64,000 bases of DNA from NCBI GenBank assembly GCA_036497895.1, contig DASXIR010000153.1, forward strand, positions 209-64,208. Direction: 5' to 3'. This stretch comes from Vicinamibacterales bacterium (GTDB taxonomy: Bacteria; Acidobacteriota; Vicinamibacteria; Vicinamibacterales; CAVVIG01). Of the stretch, positions 9,187-18,213 are shown one piece after another. The position numbers were made by a program, and so were the translations under genes. The number at the start of each line of letters is the position of its first letter. Position 1 is the stretch's first letter. Below the pieces are notes generated by a model. It was not told where the DNA came from and ran no database searches. It saw only the letters and a list, made by a program, of their open reading frames with translations.

Positions 9187-11160
9187 TTACCCCCGCAGGC
9201 GGCGCGTCGCGGCCGAGTACTCGAGCATCTGGACCGTCAGGTCGAGCGGATAGGAGATCGCGACGTCGACGATGGCTCCCGACACATCACGCACCGGCTC
9301 GAGCCGTGGCATCACGAACGCGGTGTAGGACGGCAGCTGCAGGTGATCGACACGCGCGACGACTTCGTCCCGGAGCGCCGGATCGAAATGCACACCATAA
9401 GTATCGACCAGCGACAGCGCGGCGGCGTAATCGCCCTCGCCCTTGATCCGCTGGACCTCGGCGAGCAGGCGGCCGACGCCGTCGCGAAACGCGCCGGGAT
9501 CCACCATCACGAAGTAGGTTTTGCCGTCGCGCTTGCGCACCTCGATTGCCGACGTGTTCCCCATCAGCCAGCCGACGATCATCTGGCGGTTGCGCATGTG
9601 GTCTTCTTCGATTTCGGTGCCCTCACGCATCCGCCGCAGCTGCACCAGCGCGTTGCGGGTATAGGCCTCGTACTCGGCGCGGACGATCTCATCGTGATCG
9701 TCTTCGGACAACAGCTCGAACTCGACCAGCTGCCGATCGGGCAGGAAGTACAACGCCACCAGGTCGGCGCGCGATTCCTCGATCGCCGAGAACTGCTCCT
9801 TCAGCGCCGTCTGCGGGCTGCCGTTCAGCCGCTCGTCCACTTTTCCCGAGCCGTGGCCGATCACCTCGTGCATGTTGGTGGTCAGCTCGCTCGCGAATGC
9901 GCTCCACTTTCTGGCGCGTTCGGCCTCTTCCGGTGTCCACGAAAACTCGTGGCGAAATTCCGGCAGCGTGGACTTGTCGTAGGCCTCGCTGACGTTCGAC
10001 AGCGATACCGACTTGCTGCCGTACTTTTCCCTGATCGCCTGATCGTTGGGCAGGTTGATGCCGATCGGCGTAATCGGTCCCGACTCGCCGGTCTCGATCA
10101 CGATGTCGATGGCGTTGGCGGTGACGCCGTGCGCGCCCGCCTTCCGGAATCGGGCATCCCACGGCATCCGGTCCTCGAACCACTGCGCGTGCTCCGCGAT
10201 GGTTCGAATCTGTCGCGTCTTGTCGGCGTTGACGTAGAACACCAGCGCTTCCCACGCGCCCTTGATGCTGCGCGCATCGAGATACACCTCGACGAAGCCG
10301 TTGATGGTGTCCACGCTGGAGGCTTTGTCCTGCACCCACGCAATGTCGTAGGCCTCGCGATCCGTTGCCTCGCCGGTGCGGTAGAACGTGATCAGCGCGC
10401 GGAGCGCGTGCGCCATCGGCTCGGTCGCGAACGGAATCGCGGCTTCGAGGTGCTCGACGATCGCGGAAATCTGCCCGTCGTAACGGCCGCCGACGCGGTA
10501 GACCTCCTCGCAGAGCACGTCGTCGTCCAGCACCAGACGCGAGTTGAGGGCATAACGCTCTTTGAAGTTCTCGATCTCCGCCATCGTCACACCGACGTAC
10601 AGATTGTTGGCGCTGGCGGTGACGATGTCCTTGCCAGGGCGCGGCGTTTTGCTGGTCACCGTAGGATCGACGTCGGCGTCGAAGAACATCGGTTGCAGCC
10701 GGGCGAGGAGCTGATCGAGAGATTCGCCGGACCGCAGCGGAAATCGCGCTCCGTTGCGGTGCGCAACACGAGCCGCGGCCTCGAACGCGGATGGCGTGCA
10801 GGTCAGGACGAACTTCCGCGCGGTCAGGTTGTTGAAGCCGCCGCTGTTCATCCAGAACAGCTTGGTATACCGCTGGATCTCTTCGAGCGTCGACGCGTCG
10901 ATCTGGTTCGGGTGGGTGACGATGGCCTCGAGCACGTCCCGCATTTCAAGACTGTAGGCGTAGCGCTGGTCGTAGAAGATGTCGCGTCCGGCGATCGCGG
11001 CCTGCGTCAAATGCCAGACCAGCGTCTTCTCGCGCAGTGACAGCGCGCCGAAGCCGTCCGCGTACAGCTGAACCACCGCCGCTTCGCCGACGCGCTCGAG
11101 AAGATAGGTGCGCTCGGCCGACGCGAGAGGGGACGCAGCTGCGGGGTGCCCGGTGTTCAT
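9187..11160 (-). CDS. Peptidase M49 (dipeptidyl-peptidase III-like) family protein
   Basis: 657 aa. HEVIGH (the HExxGH zinc motif of M49) and the second motif EESRAD. Confidence 0.8.
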   Translation of the reverse strand: MNTGHPAAASPLASAERTYLLERVGEAAVVQLYADGFGALSLREKTLVWHLTQAAIAGRDIFYDQRYAYSLEMRDVLEAIVTHPNQIDASTLEEIQRYTKLFWMNSGGFNNLTARKFVLTCTPSAFEAAARVAHRNGARFPLRSGESLDQLLARLQPMFFDADVDPTVTSKTPRPGKDIVTASANNLYVGVTMAEIENFKERYALNSRLVLDDDVLCEEVYRVGGRYDGQISAIVEHLEAAIPFATEPMAHALRALITFYRTGEATDREAYDIAWVQDKASSVDTINGFVEVYLDARSIKGAWEALVFYVNADKTRQIRTIAEHAQWFEDRMPWDARFRKAGAHGVTANAIDIVIETGESGPITPIGINLPNDQAIREKYGSKSVSLSNVSEAYDKSTLPEFRHEFSWTPEEAERARKWSAFASELTTNMHEVIGHGSGKVDERLNGSPQTALKEQFSAIEESRADLVALYFLPDRQLVEFELLSEDDHDEIVRAEYEAYTRNALVQLRRMREGTEIEEDHMRNRQMIVGWLMGNTSAIEVRKRDGKTYFVMVDPGAFRDGVGRLLAEVQRIKGEGDYAAALSLVDTYGVHFDPALRDEVVARVDHLQLPSYTAFVMPRLEPVRDVSGAIVDVAISYPLDLTVQMLEYSAATRRLRG

Positions 11161-11177
11161 CTCATCCGTAGCCTACA

Positions 11178-12581
11178 TCACGGCAGGACGACGCGTTCAC
11201 GGTAACCGGCAATGTGAACAGGCCATTGGCGTTCGGCGGTGATTCTCGCCTCGAGCGCAGTCAGCGCGGCGGGGTCGCCGTGCACGAGATATGTCATGCG
11301 CGGCGCACGCGTGAATCCGGAAAGCCACCGCATGATCTCGCCGGCGTCCGCGTGCGCGGACATCGAGTCCATTCTTTCAATGCGCGCCGCCACCGGATAC
11401 ACGCGTCCGAGCAACTTGATCGCCTTCGCACCGTCACACAGCAGGCGTCCTCGCGTGCCCTGGGCCTGATAGCCGACAAACAGCACGGTGGTCTTCGGGT
11501 TTGAGACAGTGGCAGCGAGGTGGCGCAGTACGCGACCGCCCGTGGCCATTCCGCTCGATGCGATCACGATCGCGGGTTGACGCGACGCCACCAGCTCCGC
11601 TGACTGTCTCGGCGAGCTCACGATCGTCATTCGAGTCGTGCAGAAGGTACAAACACGCCGGCCGTGAATGCGGTGCGCGTCGGAGGTGGTGGTCAGCTCG
11701 GCGTCCAGCTCGTTCAAACGCGACTGGTAGAACTGCAGCGCGCCGCTCGCCATCGGACTGTCGAGATAGACCGGCAGGACAGGGATGCGCTGCTCGTCTT
11801 CGAGGCGCTTCAGCCAGTACAGGACCTCCTCAACGCGGCCGATGGCAAACGACGGGATGATCAGTTTGCCGCCGCGCTGTACGGCGTCGTTCACGATGGC
11901 CGCAACGCGCGCGCCGTTGTCATCCGCTTCGTGCAGACGATCACCGTAGGTGGACTCGAGCAGCAGCACGTCCGCCTCCGCGACCGGCGTCGGATCCGGG
12001 AGCACCGGACGGTTGTAACGGCCGAGGTCGCCGCCGAACAGCAACGTCCGATCGCCGACCCGGACGCGCGCGTACGCCGATCCGAGGAGGTGACCGGCGT
12101 TGATGAAATCGACCTCGACGCCGGGGACAACCGGTACGGCACGGTCGTAGCCCACCGGCTGCAGGCGGTCGAGGGCATGCGCGGCGTCGATTGAAGTGTA
12201 GAGCGGCAGCGCCGGGTTGTGTGCGCTGAAACCGTGCCGGTTGGCATCGCGGGCATCCTCTTCCTGGATATGCGCTGAATCCGGCAGCACCAGCGAGCAC
12301 AGCTCTTTGGTTCCGGGCGTACAGAAAATGCGACCCTTGAACCCGGCCGCGACCAGCCTCGGCAGATACCCGCAATGGTCCAGATGCGCGTGGGTCAGCA
12401 CCACGGCGTCGATGCTGACGGGATCAATCGGAAGGGGCTCCCAGTTCCGCAGGCGGAGCTCCTTGAGGCCTTGAAAGAGGCCGCAATCAACGAGGATCCG
12501 GTGTCCGTCAACCTCGAGCAGGTGCTTCGAGCCGGTCACAGTACCGGCCGCGCCCAGGAAGGTCAGCGTTGGGGGTGCCAT
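11178..12581 (-). CDS. MBL-fold / beta-CASP hydrolase (RNA-metabolising type)
   Basis: LTFLGAAGTVTGSKH, VLTHAHLDHCGYLP (HxHxDH), and a C-terminal HADAGE/LVHGD beta-CASP-type block. The ORF extends to 12653, but MAPPTLTFLGA (12581) matches the usual family N-terminus. Confidence 0.85.
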   Translation of the reverse strand: MAPPTLTFLGAAGTVTGSKHLLEVDGHRILVDCGLFQGLKELRLRNWEPLPIDPVSIDAVVLTHAHLDHCGYLPRLVAAGFKGRIFCTPGTKELCSLVLPDSAHIQEEDARDANRHGFSAHNPALPLYTSIDAAHALDRLQPVGYDRAVPVVPGVEVDFINAGHLLGSAYARVRVGDRTLLFGGDLGRYNRPVLPDPTPVAEADVLLLESTYGDRLHEADDNGARVAAIVNDAVQRGGKLIIPSFAIGRVEEVLYWLKRLEDEQRIPVLPVYLDSPMASGALQFYQSRLNELDAELTTTSDAHRIHGRRVCTFCTTRMTIVSSPRQSAELVASRQPAIVIASSGMATGGRVLRHLAATVSNPKTTVLFVGYQAQGTRGRLLCDGAKAIKLLGRVYPVAARIERMDSMSAHADAGEIMRWLSGFTRAPRMTYLVHGDPAALTALEARITAERQWPVHIAGYRERVVLP

Positions 12582-12734
12582 TGGTCCTGCAAGGATACCG
12601 AAAGCTGATGGGCCTCGCCGGTCGTGACATTTACAGACAAGCCATTCGTGCATCCGCCCGCGCGATTGTGATCGATAGTCGACTTGATACGACTTAAACT
12701 GCCTAGAAAAGTCGGATTAAATTATGCTTATACG

Positions 12735-12830
12735 TGAGCGCAAGAGCCCGGAAAGGCACCGTTCCATCCCGGCCGGGGACGGTTCGCGCTCCGCCGAAAG
12801 ACCGTTGAACGAAACCCGCGATCGGACTAT
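12735..12830 (+). promoter_or_regulatory. Structured 5' leader of the Mo-oxidoreductase operon (candidate riboswitch, class unassigned)
   Basis: Lower-GC 309-bp intergenic region. Nested stems: GAGCGC 12736-41 pairs with GCGCTC 12786-91 and encloses hairpins GCC-cggaaa-GGC (12746-57) and ACCGT..ACGGT (12758-83). Downstream, CCTCTCC (12849-55) could pair with the SD GAGGTGAG (12876-83). The class call is inference only. Confidence 0.25.
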
Positions 12831-12890
12831 TGTTTCACCGATATATTCCTCTCCATCCGGTCGCCGCCAACGCGACGAGGTGAGTCTGCA

Positions 12891-13526
12891 ATGGAAGACA
12901 TGAAGATGCTGGAAGAAACGGCCCAATCGGTCTCACGACGCGGTTTCATCAAGGGCGTCATCGCGGCGGGCGCGGTCGCCTCCTCGTCGGCCTATTTGTT
13001 CCGGGGCACGACCACGCTGCACGGGCAACCGTCAGCTCCCGGCGCAGTCGAGCGATTGATCACGCTGAACGTCAACGGACAGGACCGTCGCGTCGACGTG
13101 ATGAAGCAGGAAACGCTGGCCATGGTGCTGCGTTACAAGCTGGGGCTGACAGGCACCAAGCTTGGCTGCGACCGCGCCGAGTGCGGCGCCTGCACGGTGC
13201 TGATCGACGATGTGCCGCATTATTCGTGTTCGGTGCTTGCGCATACCACGCGCGGCCAGAAGATCACGACGATCGAAGGCCTCGCCGATCCGACCACCGG
13301 CAAGCTGAGTCCGGTGCAGCAGGGCGTCGTCGACGAACAGGGCTTCCAGTGCGCGTTCTGCATGCCCGGCTTCGTCATGGCGACTACCGGCTACCTGAAA
13401 ACCAACCCCAATCCGACGCGTCAGGAGCTCGCACACGGCGTGTCGGGCAATCTGTGCCGCTGCCAGGATTACGACAAGATTCTGACCGCGCTGATGCGCG
13501 GTGCCGAACATATGAGGAACGCGTGA
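12891..13526 (+). CDS. (2Fe-2S)-binding small subunit of a xanthine-dehydrogenase-family oxidoreductase, TAT-exported (PaoA-like)
   Basis: Twin-arginine signal SRRGFIKGVIAAGAVASS. CDRAECGACTV..YSC (plant-type cluster) and FQCAFCMPG...CRCQDY (second cluster). SD GAGGTGA lies 8 nt upstream. Confidence 0.9.
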   Translation: MEDMKMLEETAQSVSRRGFIKGVIAAGAVASSSAYLFRGTTTLHGQPSAPGAVERLITLNVNGQDRRVDVMKQETLAMVLRYKLGLTGTKLGCDRAECGACTVLIDDVPHYSCSVLAHTTRGQKITTIEGLADPTTGKLSPVQQGVVDEQGFQCAFCMPGFVMATTGYLKTNPNPTRQELAHGVSGNLCRCQDYDKILTALMRGAEHMRNA

Positions 13527-13528
13527 AA

Positions 13529-16255
13529 ATGGCTGACAACAAACTGATCGGCCAGAACTACACCACGCCCGACATCGTCGCCAAGGTCACTGGCAAGGCG
13601 AAGTACGCGGAGGACTACCGCATCGAAGGCATGCTGTTCGCGAAGCTGCTGGTCAGCCCGATGCCGCATGCGCGCATCAAACGGATCGACACGACCGCTG
13701 CGATGGCGATGCCCGGAGTCAAGGCGATCCTGAGAGCCGAGGACATGCCTGGCGCCGCCGTCGGCGCGACGCTTGGCGAGGGTGTGCAGGCGTCGGCGCA
13801 GGCGGAGCGCGGCCTGACCGACGAGCCGTTGTATCAGGGCGAGCCGATTCTCGCGATTGCCGCCGTTGACGAACTGACCGCGGCGCTGGCGATCGAAGCG
13901 ATCGACATCGAGTTCGAACCACTTCCATTCGTCGTGGATCCGGTCGAATCGCTGCGTCCGGGCAGTCCGAATGCCCGCCACCAAGGCAACGTCTGGACGC
14001 GCCCCGCGGCGCCACCTGCGGCCCCCGGTGCTCGGGGACCGGCGAACAGCGCGGCCGGTGCCAACGCCGCCACAGGTGCGGCAGCCGGTGCCGCTGCCGG
14101 GACAACCACTCCCGCCGCTGCGGCACCCCGTCCGGCGGCCGCAGCCGGCGCAGCCCCTGCAGGTGAAGCGCGTGCCTCCGCTCCTGGTGCAGCGCCCGTT
14201 GCAGGCGCGGCGCCTGCTGCTGCCGCGGCCGCTGGTCGTGGTCGCGGCGGTCGTGGCGCGGCTGCCGGCGCACCGGCGCCGCCAGTCATCGCCGAATGGA
14301 AATGGACCGCAGACGACTTCACGAAGGCGGAGCCCGGTCAACTGCCGCTCGGTAAGGCCACCGATGAGTGGGCTTACGGCAACATCGAAGACGGGTTCAA
14401 GAAGGCTGCCCTGGTTCTCGACGAAACCTTCATGACCCAGTCGACCGGTCACCAGCCGCTCGAAACGCGGACGGCGATGGCCTATTGGCAGAACGGCAAG
14501 TGCTATCTGCACGGCTCGACGCAGAGCACAGTGCAGACCGTGGCGGCGTTCGCGCGATGGGCCGGCATCACACCCGACAAGGTCGTGATGATTTCCGAGT
14601 TCACGGGCGGCGGCTTCGGCAGCAAGATTCCGGGCGCCATCTCGATGGCGATTCCGGCGCTGCTCTCGAAGAAAGCCAACGCGCCGGTGATGATGCGCAT
14701 CACCCGCGAGGACGAGCACTTCATCGGCCGCGCCCGTCCCGGCATTCTGGCGCGCGTGAAGATCGGTTTCACCAAAGAAGGCCGCATCACCGCGGTCGAC
14801 ATGTACGCGATCTGCGACAACGGCCCTTACGACGCGCAGGGTGACGGCCGCTCGGCCGGCACCACGTCGTCTCTGGCGTATCAGCCCGAAGCGATGCGGT
14901 GGCGCGGTCTCACGGTGTTGACCAACACGCCGCCGAAGACGTCACAGCGCGCTCCCGGCGGGATGCAGGGCGTCGGCATCTTCGAACCGATTCTGACCAA
15001 GGCGGCGACGAAACTCGGCATCGATCAGGTCGAGCTCCGCATGATCAACGCGCCGGCCGGCAAGGCGCCGTTCGGACCGGCGTTGCCAAACGGCAAGCAG
15101 GCCTACGTGACCAGCGCCTTCGTCAAGGAAGCGCTGACGAGGGGGCGTGAAGAGTTCAAGTGGGACGAGAAGAAGGCCGCCTACAGCGGCAAGCGCCAAG
15201 GTACTAAGGCACGCGGCATCGGTGTGGCGGTCAGCCCGTTCTCGGGCGGCTCGATCGGGTTCGACGGTCTCTTCATCATCAAGCCGGACGGCCGCATCCA
15301 GTTCCAGTCGGGCATCGGCAACCACGGCACCCACTCCGTCTTCGACGTCCATCGTCAGGCGGCGCAGATGCTCGGCCAGCCCTGGGAACTGTGCGATGTC
15401 GTCTTCGGCAACACCGGCAAGAATCTGCCGTGGACGTCGATTTCGGCCGGCAGCCAGACCGCGCACGCGATGACGCGGGCGGCGCACGCGGCCGCCACTG
15501 ACGCCATCAAGAAGCTGCAGGAAGTGGCGGCGAAGGCGCACGGCGGCAATCCCGACGCCTACAAAGTCGCGGGCGGCAAGGTCACCGGACCGGGCGGCAC
15601 CATGACCTTCGCGCAGGCAGCGCAGAAAGCCATCGAGTACGGCGGCAAATACGACGGTCACGAGCTGCCGGAAGACATCAACAACTTCACCAAGACCTCG
15701 GCGAAGAACCTGGTCGGCCTCGGGTTGATGGCGGTCGCCAAGGACGCCTATCCGCGCGACGGGCAGTCGCAGTCCTACGTCGCCGGCTTCGCCGAAGTCG
15801 AAGTGGACACGGAAACCGGCGTCGTGAAGGTGATCGACTACCTCGCGGTCGGTGACGTCGGCACGGTGGTGAACCCGCGCAGTCTCAAGGGCCAGCTGTT
15901 CGGCGGGTCGATGCTCGGGCTCGGTCACGCCAAGACGCAGCGCTGGGCCTACGACCAGGAGTACGGCGTCGCGCTGGCGCGGCGTTTCTACCAGAACAAG
16001 CCGCCGACCATTCTGGACGCACCGCTCAACTACAACGGCATGGGACTCGACATTCCGGATCCGGAGACGCCGACCGGCGTCCGCGGCGTCGGCGAGCCTC
16101 CGGTCGGTGCGGCGTACGGCGCGATCATGAACGCGATTGCCGACGCGGTCGGCGACGAGATCTTCCGTCGCTCGCCGGTGTCTGCGGACATCATCCTGAA
16201 CGCGCTCGAGAACGGCGGAAAGCGGACGCACGAGCCGCTGACAGCTCACATCTGA
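13529..16255 (+). CDS. Molybdopterin-binding large subunit of a xanthine-dehydrogenase-family oxidoreductase (PaoC-like)
   Basis: MADNKLIGQNYTTPDIVAKVTGKAKYAEDY N-terminus. Also GGGFGSK, TQSTGHQPLETR and VGEPPVGAAYGAI. The track ORF starts at 13181 but overlaps the small subunit. ATG 13529 lies 3 nt after the upstream stop. Confidence 0.9.
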   Translation: MADNKLIGQNYTTPDIVAKVTGKAKYAEDYRIEGMLFAKLLVSPMPHARIKRIDTTAAMAMPGVKAILRAEDMPGAAVGATLGEGVQASAQAERGLTDEPLYQGEPILAIAAVDELTAALAIEAIDIEFEPLPFVVDPVESLRPGSPNARHQGNVWTRPAAPPAAPGARGPANSAAGANAATGAAAGAAAGTTTPAAAAPRPAAAAGAAPAGEARASAPGAAPVAGAAPAAAAAAGRGRGGRGAAAGAPAPPVIAEWKWTADDFTKAEPGQLPLGKATDEWAYGNIEDGFKKAALVLDETFMTQSTGHQPLETRTAMAYWQNGKCYLHGSTQSTVQTVAAFARWAGITPDKVVMISEFTGGGFGSKIPGAISMAIPALLSKKANAPVMMRITREDEHFIGRARPGILARVKIGFTKEGRITAVDMYAICDNGPYDAQGDGRSAGTTSSLAYQPEAMRWRGLTVLTNTPPKTSQRAPGGMQGVGIFEPILTKAATKLGIDQVELRMINAPAGKAPFGPALPNGKQAYVTSAFVKEALTRGREEFKWDEKKAAYSGKRQGTKARGIGVAVSPFSGGSIGFDGLFIIKPDGRIQFQSGIGNHGTHSVFDVHRQAAQMLGQPWELCDVVFGNTGKNLPWTSISAGSQTAHAMTRAAHAAATDAIKKLQEVAAKAHGGNPDAYKVAGGKVTGPGGTMTFAQAAQKAIEYGGKYDGHELPEDINNFTKTSAKNLVGLGLMAVAKDAYPRDGQSQSYVAGFAEVEVDTETGVVKVIDYLAVGDVGTVVNPRSLKGQLFGGSMLGLGHAKTQRWAYDQEYGVALARRFYQNKPPTILDAPLNYNGMGLDIPDPETPTGVRGVGEPPVGAAYGAIMNAIADAVGDEIFRRSPVSADIILNALENGGKRTHEPLTAHI

Positions 16256-16259
16256 CGAC

Positions 16260-16347
16260 TGCAAAATGCCGAATGCAAAGTGCAAATTGCACGGCTCGGA
16301 AATTGTCCAATGCAAATCTGCAATTAGCAATTTGCAATCAGCAATTA
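16260..16347. repeat. AT-rich tandem heptamer/octamer array, (T/A)GCAA(A/T)N units
   Basis: Two blocks: tgcaaaatgccgaatgcaaagtgcaaattgcac and tgcaaatctgcaattagcaatttgcaatcagcaatta. The second block is 12/37 G+C. It lies inside the operon between the Moco and FAD subunit genes. Confidence 0.8.
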
Positions 16348-16360
16348 TGAGGGACGCAAC

Positions 16361-17377
16361 ATGGCCGTAATTCGCGACGTAATGCCGGTGTTCGAGCTGT
16401 ATCAGCCGGCGAGCATCGATGACGCGATCAAGCTGCTCGACAAGCACGGCGCCGACGCCCTGGTGCTGGCGGGCGGTCTCGACAGCATGGACTGGCTCAA
16501 GGATCGGCTGAAGAAGCCCAGCGTCGTGGTCGACCTGGGACAGATCGCCGAGCTCAAAGGCGTGAAGGAACTGAACGGCGGGATCGAGATCGGCGCGATG
16601 ACGCCGCTCACCCAGGTCGTCAAGAACCCGATCGTCCGCGAAAAGTTCAGCCTGTTGATGGAAGCGGCCGAGCTCGTCGCTTCGCCGCAGATTCGCAACC
16701 AGGGGACCATCGGCGGCAACGTGTCGCAGGACACCCGCTGCTGGTACTACCGCGGCGGCTGGAACTGCTACCGCGCCGGCGGCAACATCTGCTACGCCGA
16801 CACGCCGACGGCGGTGAACCGCGAGCACGCGATCTTCGACGCCAACCGTTGCGTCGCCGTCAACCCATCGGACACCGCACCCGCGCTGGTCGCGCTCGAC
16901 GCGTCGATGGTGATCCGCGGACCGAAGGGCGAGCGCGTCGTGCCGGCCGAGGAGTACTGGCTCGGACCCGGGATCGACATCACCAAGATGAACATTCTCC
17001 AGCCGAACGAACTGCTCGTCGCCATCCGCATTCCGGCGACGATGGCCGGGGCGCAGTTCTATTTCGAGAAGGTGCGCGACCGCCAGGTGTGGGACTTCCC
17101 GCTCGTCAACGTGGCGGCGGCCATCGTCTACAACGGCGGCAAGATTGAGAAGGCGCGTCTGGTCTGCAACGCGGTCGCGGCCACGCCGAAGCGGCTCACG
17201 GCGGTCGAGACGGCGATCATCGGCAAGCCTCGCAACGAGGAGACGGCCGACATGGCGGGCAAGCTCGCGGTCGAAGGCGCGCAGACGCTGCGCCACAACG
17301 GCTACAAGGTGCCGCTCATGCGCAACCTGGTCAAGCGTGCGATTCGTGGTTCGGAGGGCTCTACATGGACGTCCTAA
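16361..17377 (+). CDS. FAD-binding medium subunit of a xanthine-dehydrogenase-family oxidoreductase (PaoB/CoxM-like)
   Basis: 338 aa. LVLAGGLDSMDWLK and IRNQGTIGGNVSQ (FAD_binding_5-type motifs). SD GAGGGA lies upstream. Confidence 0.9.
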   Translation: MAVIRDVMPVFELYQPASIDDAIKLLDKHGADALVLAGGLDSMDWLKDRLKKPSVVVDLGQIAELKGVKELNGGIEIGAMTPLTQVVKNPIVREKFSLLMEAAELVASPQIRNQGTIGGNVSQDTRCWYYRGGWNCYRAGGNICYADTPTAVNREHAIFDANRCVAVNPSDTAPALVALDASMVIRGPKGERVVPAEEYWLGPGIDITKMNILQPNELLVAIRIPATMAGAQFYFEKVRDRQVWDFPLVNVAAAIVYNGGKIEKARLVCNAVAATPKRLTAVETAIIGKPRNEETADMAGKLAVEGAQTLRHNGYKVPLMRNLVKRAIRGSEGSTWTS

Positions 17378-18213
17378 GATGGGGACGGAATCCATGGGGG
17401 CAGTGGGTTCTCACCCACGTCTCGTGGAGTCTGTTCTGGGCAGCGTTGTTCGCCGGCGTGCTGTTCTTCGTCGCGCACGCCAGCTACATGCTGTTCTCCG
17501 CGCACCGCAAGCGCGCCTCGAGTGAGACCGACGCGCTTGAAGCGAAGTACAAGAACCTGCCGCCTAAAATCGAGCGGCATTCGCTGGTGGCGCGCCTGTT
17601 TCACTGGGTGATGGCCGCGTCGATGTTCACGCTGCTGTTCACGGCGTTTCTCCCGATCGCCGGCATCAGGTTCCCCTGGGTGCAGTGGCACTGGATCGCG
17701 GGCATCGTCCTGATCGCCTCGATCGTGTTCCACATCTTCCACGCCACGTTCTTCCTGGACTTCTGGTCGATCTGGATCGGTCCGAAGGACATTCCGGAGA
17801 TGAAGGCCGACCTGCTGCGCGAATTCGGTCAGGACGTGCCGGGACCGAAGTCGGGCAAGTATCCGATCGGCAACCGTCTCTATCACCTCGCGATCGTGTT
17901 TGCCGGCCTCGGCGCCTCGATCACCGGCGCGCTGATGATTCCGCGCATTCGCACCGGTATCGTCACGCGCAATCCGTACTATCTCAGCGACTTCGTGTGG
18001 GGCATCACCTACGTGACCCACGGCCTGGCCGGCGTCGGCCTGGTCGGCCTGGTCATCGCGCACGTGTACTTCGCGATCCGGCCGGAGAAGCTCTGGATCA
18101 CCAAAGCGATGATCTTCGGCTACATCACGCGCCGTCAGTATCTGGAGCACCACGAGCCGTCGCGCTGGGTGGTCGCGCCTGACGGCTCCAGCAAGTCCGC
18201 GGGCCCGGTGTGA
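17365..18213 (+). CDS. Membrane di-haem cytochrome b (FdnI / Ni-Fe hydrogenase cytochrome b type)
   Basis: 282 aa, 4-5 TM segments. ERHSLVARLFHWVMA start and conserved His residues in TM helices (FHIFHA, YHLAIV, THGLAG..IAHVYF). It overlaps the upstream gene by 13 nt. Confidence 0.8.
   Translation: MDVLRWGRNPWGQWVLTHVSWSLFWAALFAGVLFFVAHASYMLFSAHRKRASSETDALEAKYKNLPPKIERHSLVARLFHWVMAASMFTLLFTAFLPIAGIRFPWVQWHWIAGIVLIASIVFHIFHATFFLDFWSIWIGPKDIPEMKADLLREFGQDVPGPKSGKYPIGNRLYHLAIVFAGLGASITGALMIPRIRTGIVTRNPYYLSDFVWGITYVTHGLAGVGLVGLVIAHVYFAIRPEKLWITKAMIFGYITRRQYLEHHEPSRWVVAPDGSSKSAGPV

Noticed and set aside
12717-12926. 69-aa minus-strand ORF in the Mo-operon leader
   Set aside because: It lies in the lower-GC intergenic leader and overlaps the start of the 2Fe-2S gene in antisense. 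It has no motif. The region is better explained as leader or promoter.
13181-13528. N-terminal extension of the Moco subunit ORF back to 13181
   Set aside because: It overlaps the 2Fe-2S subunit gene in another frame with Arg-rich composition. The family N-terminus begins at ATG 13529.
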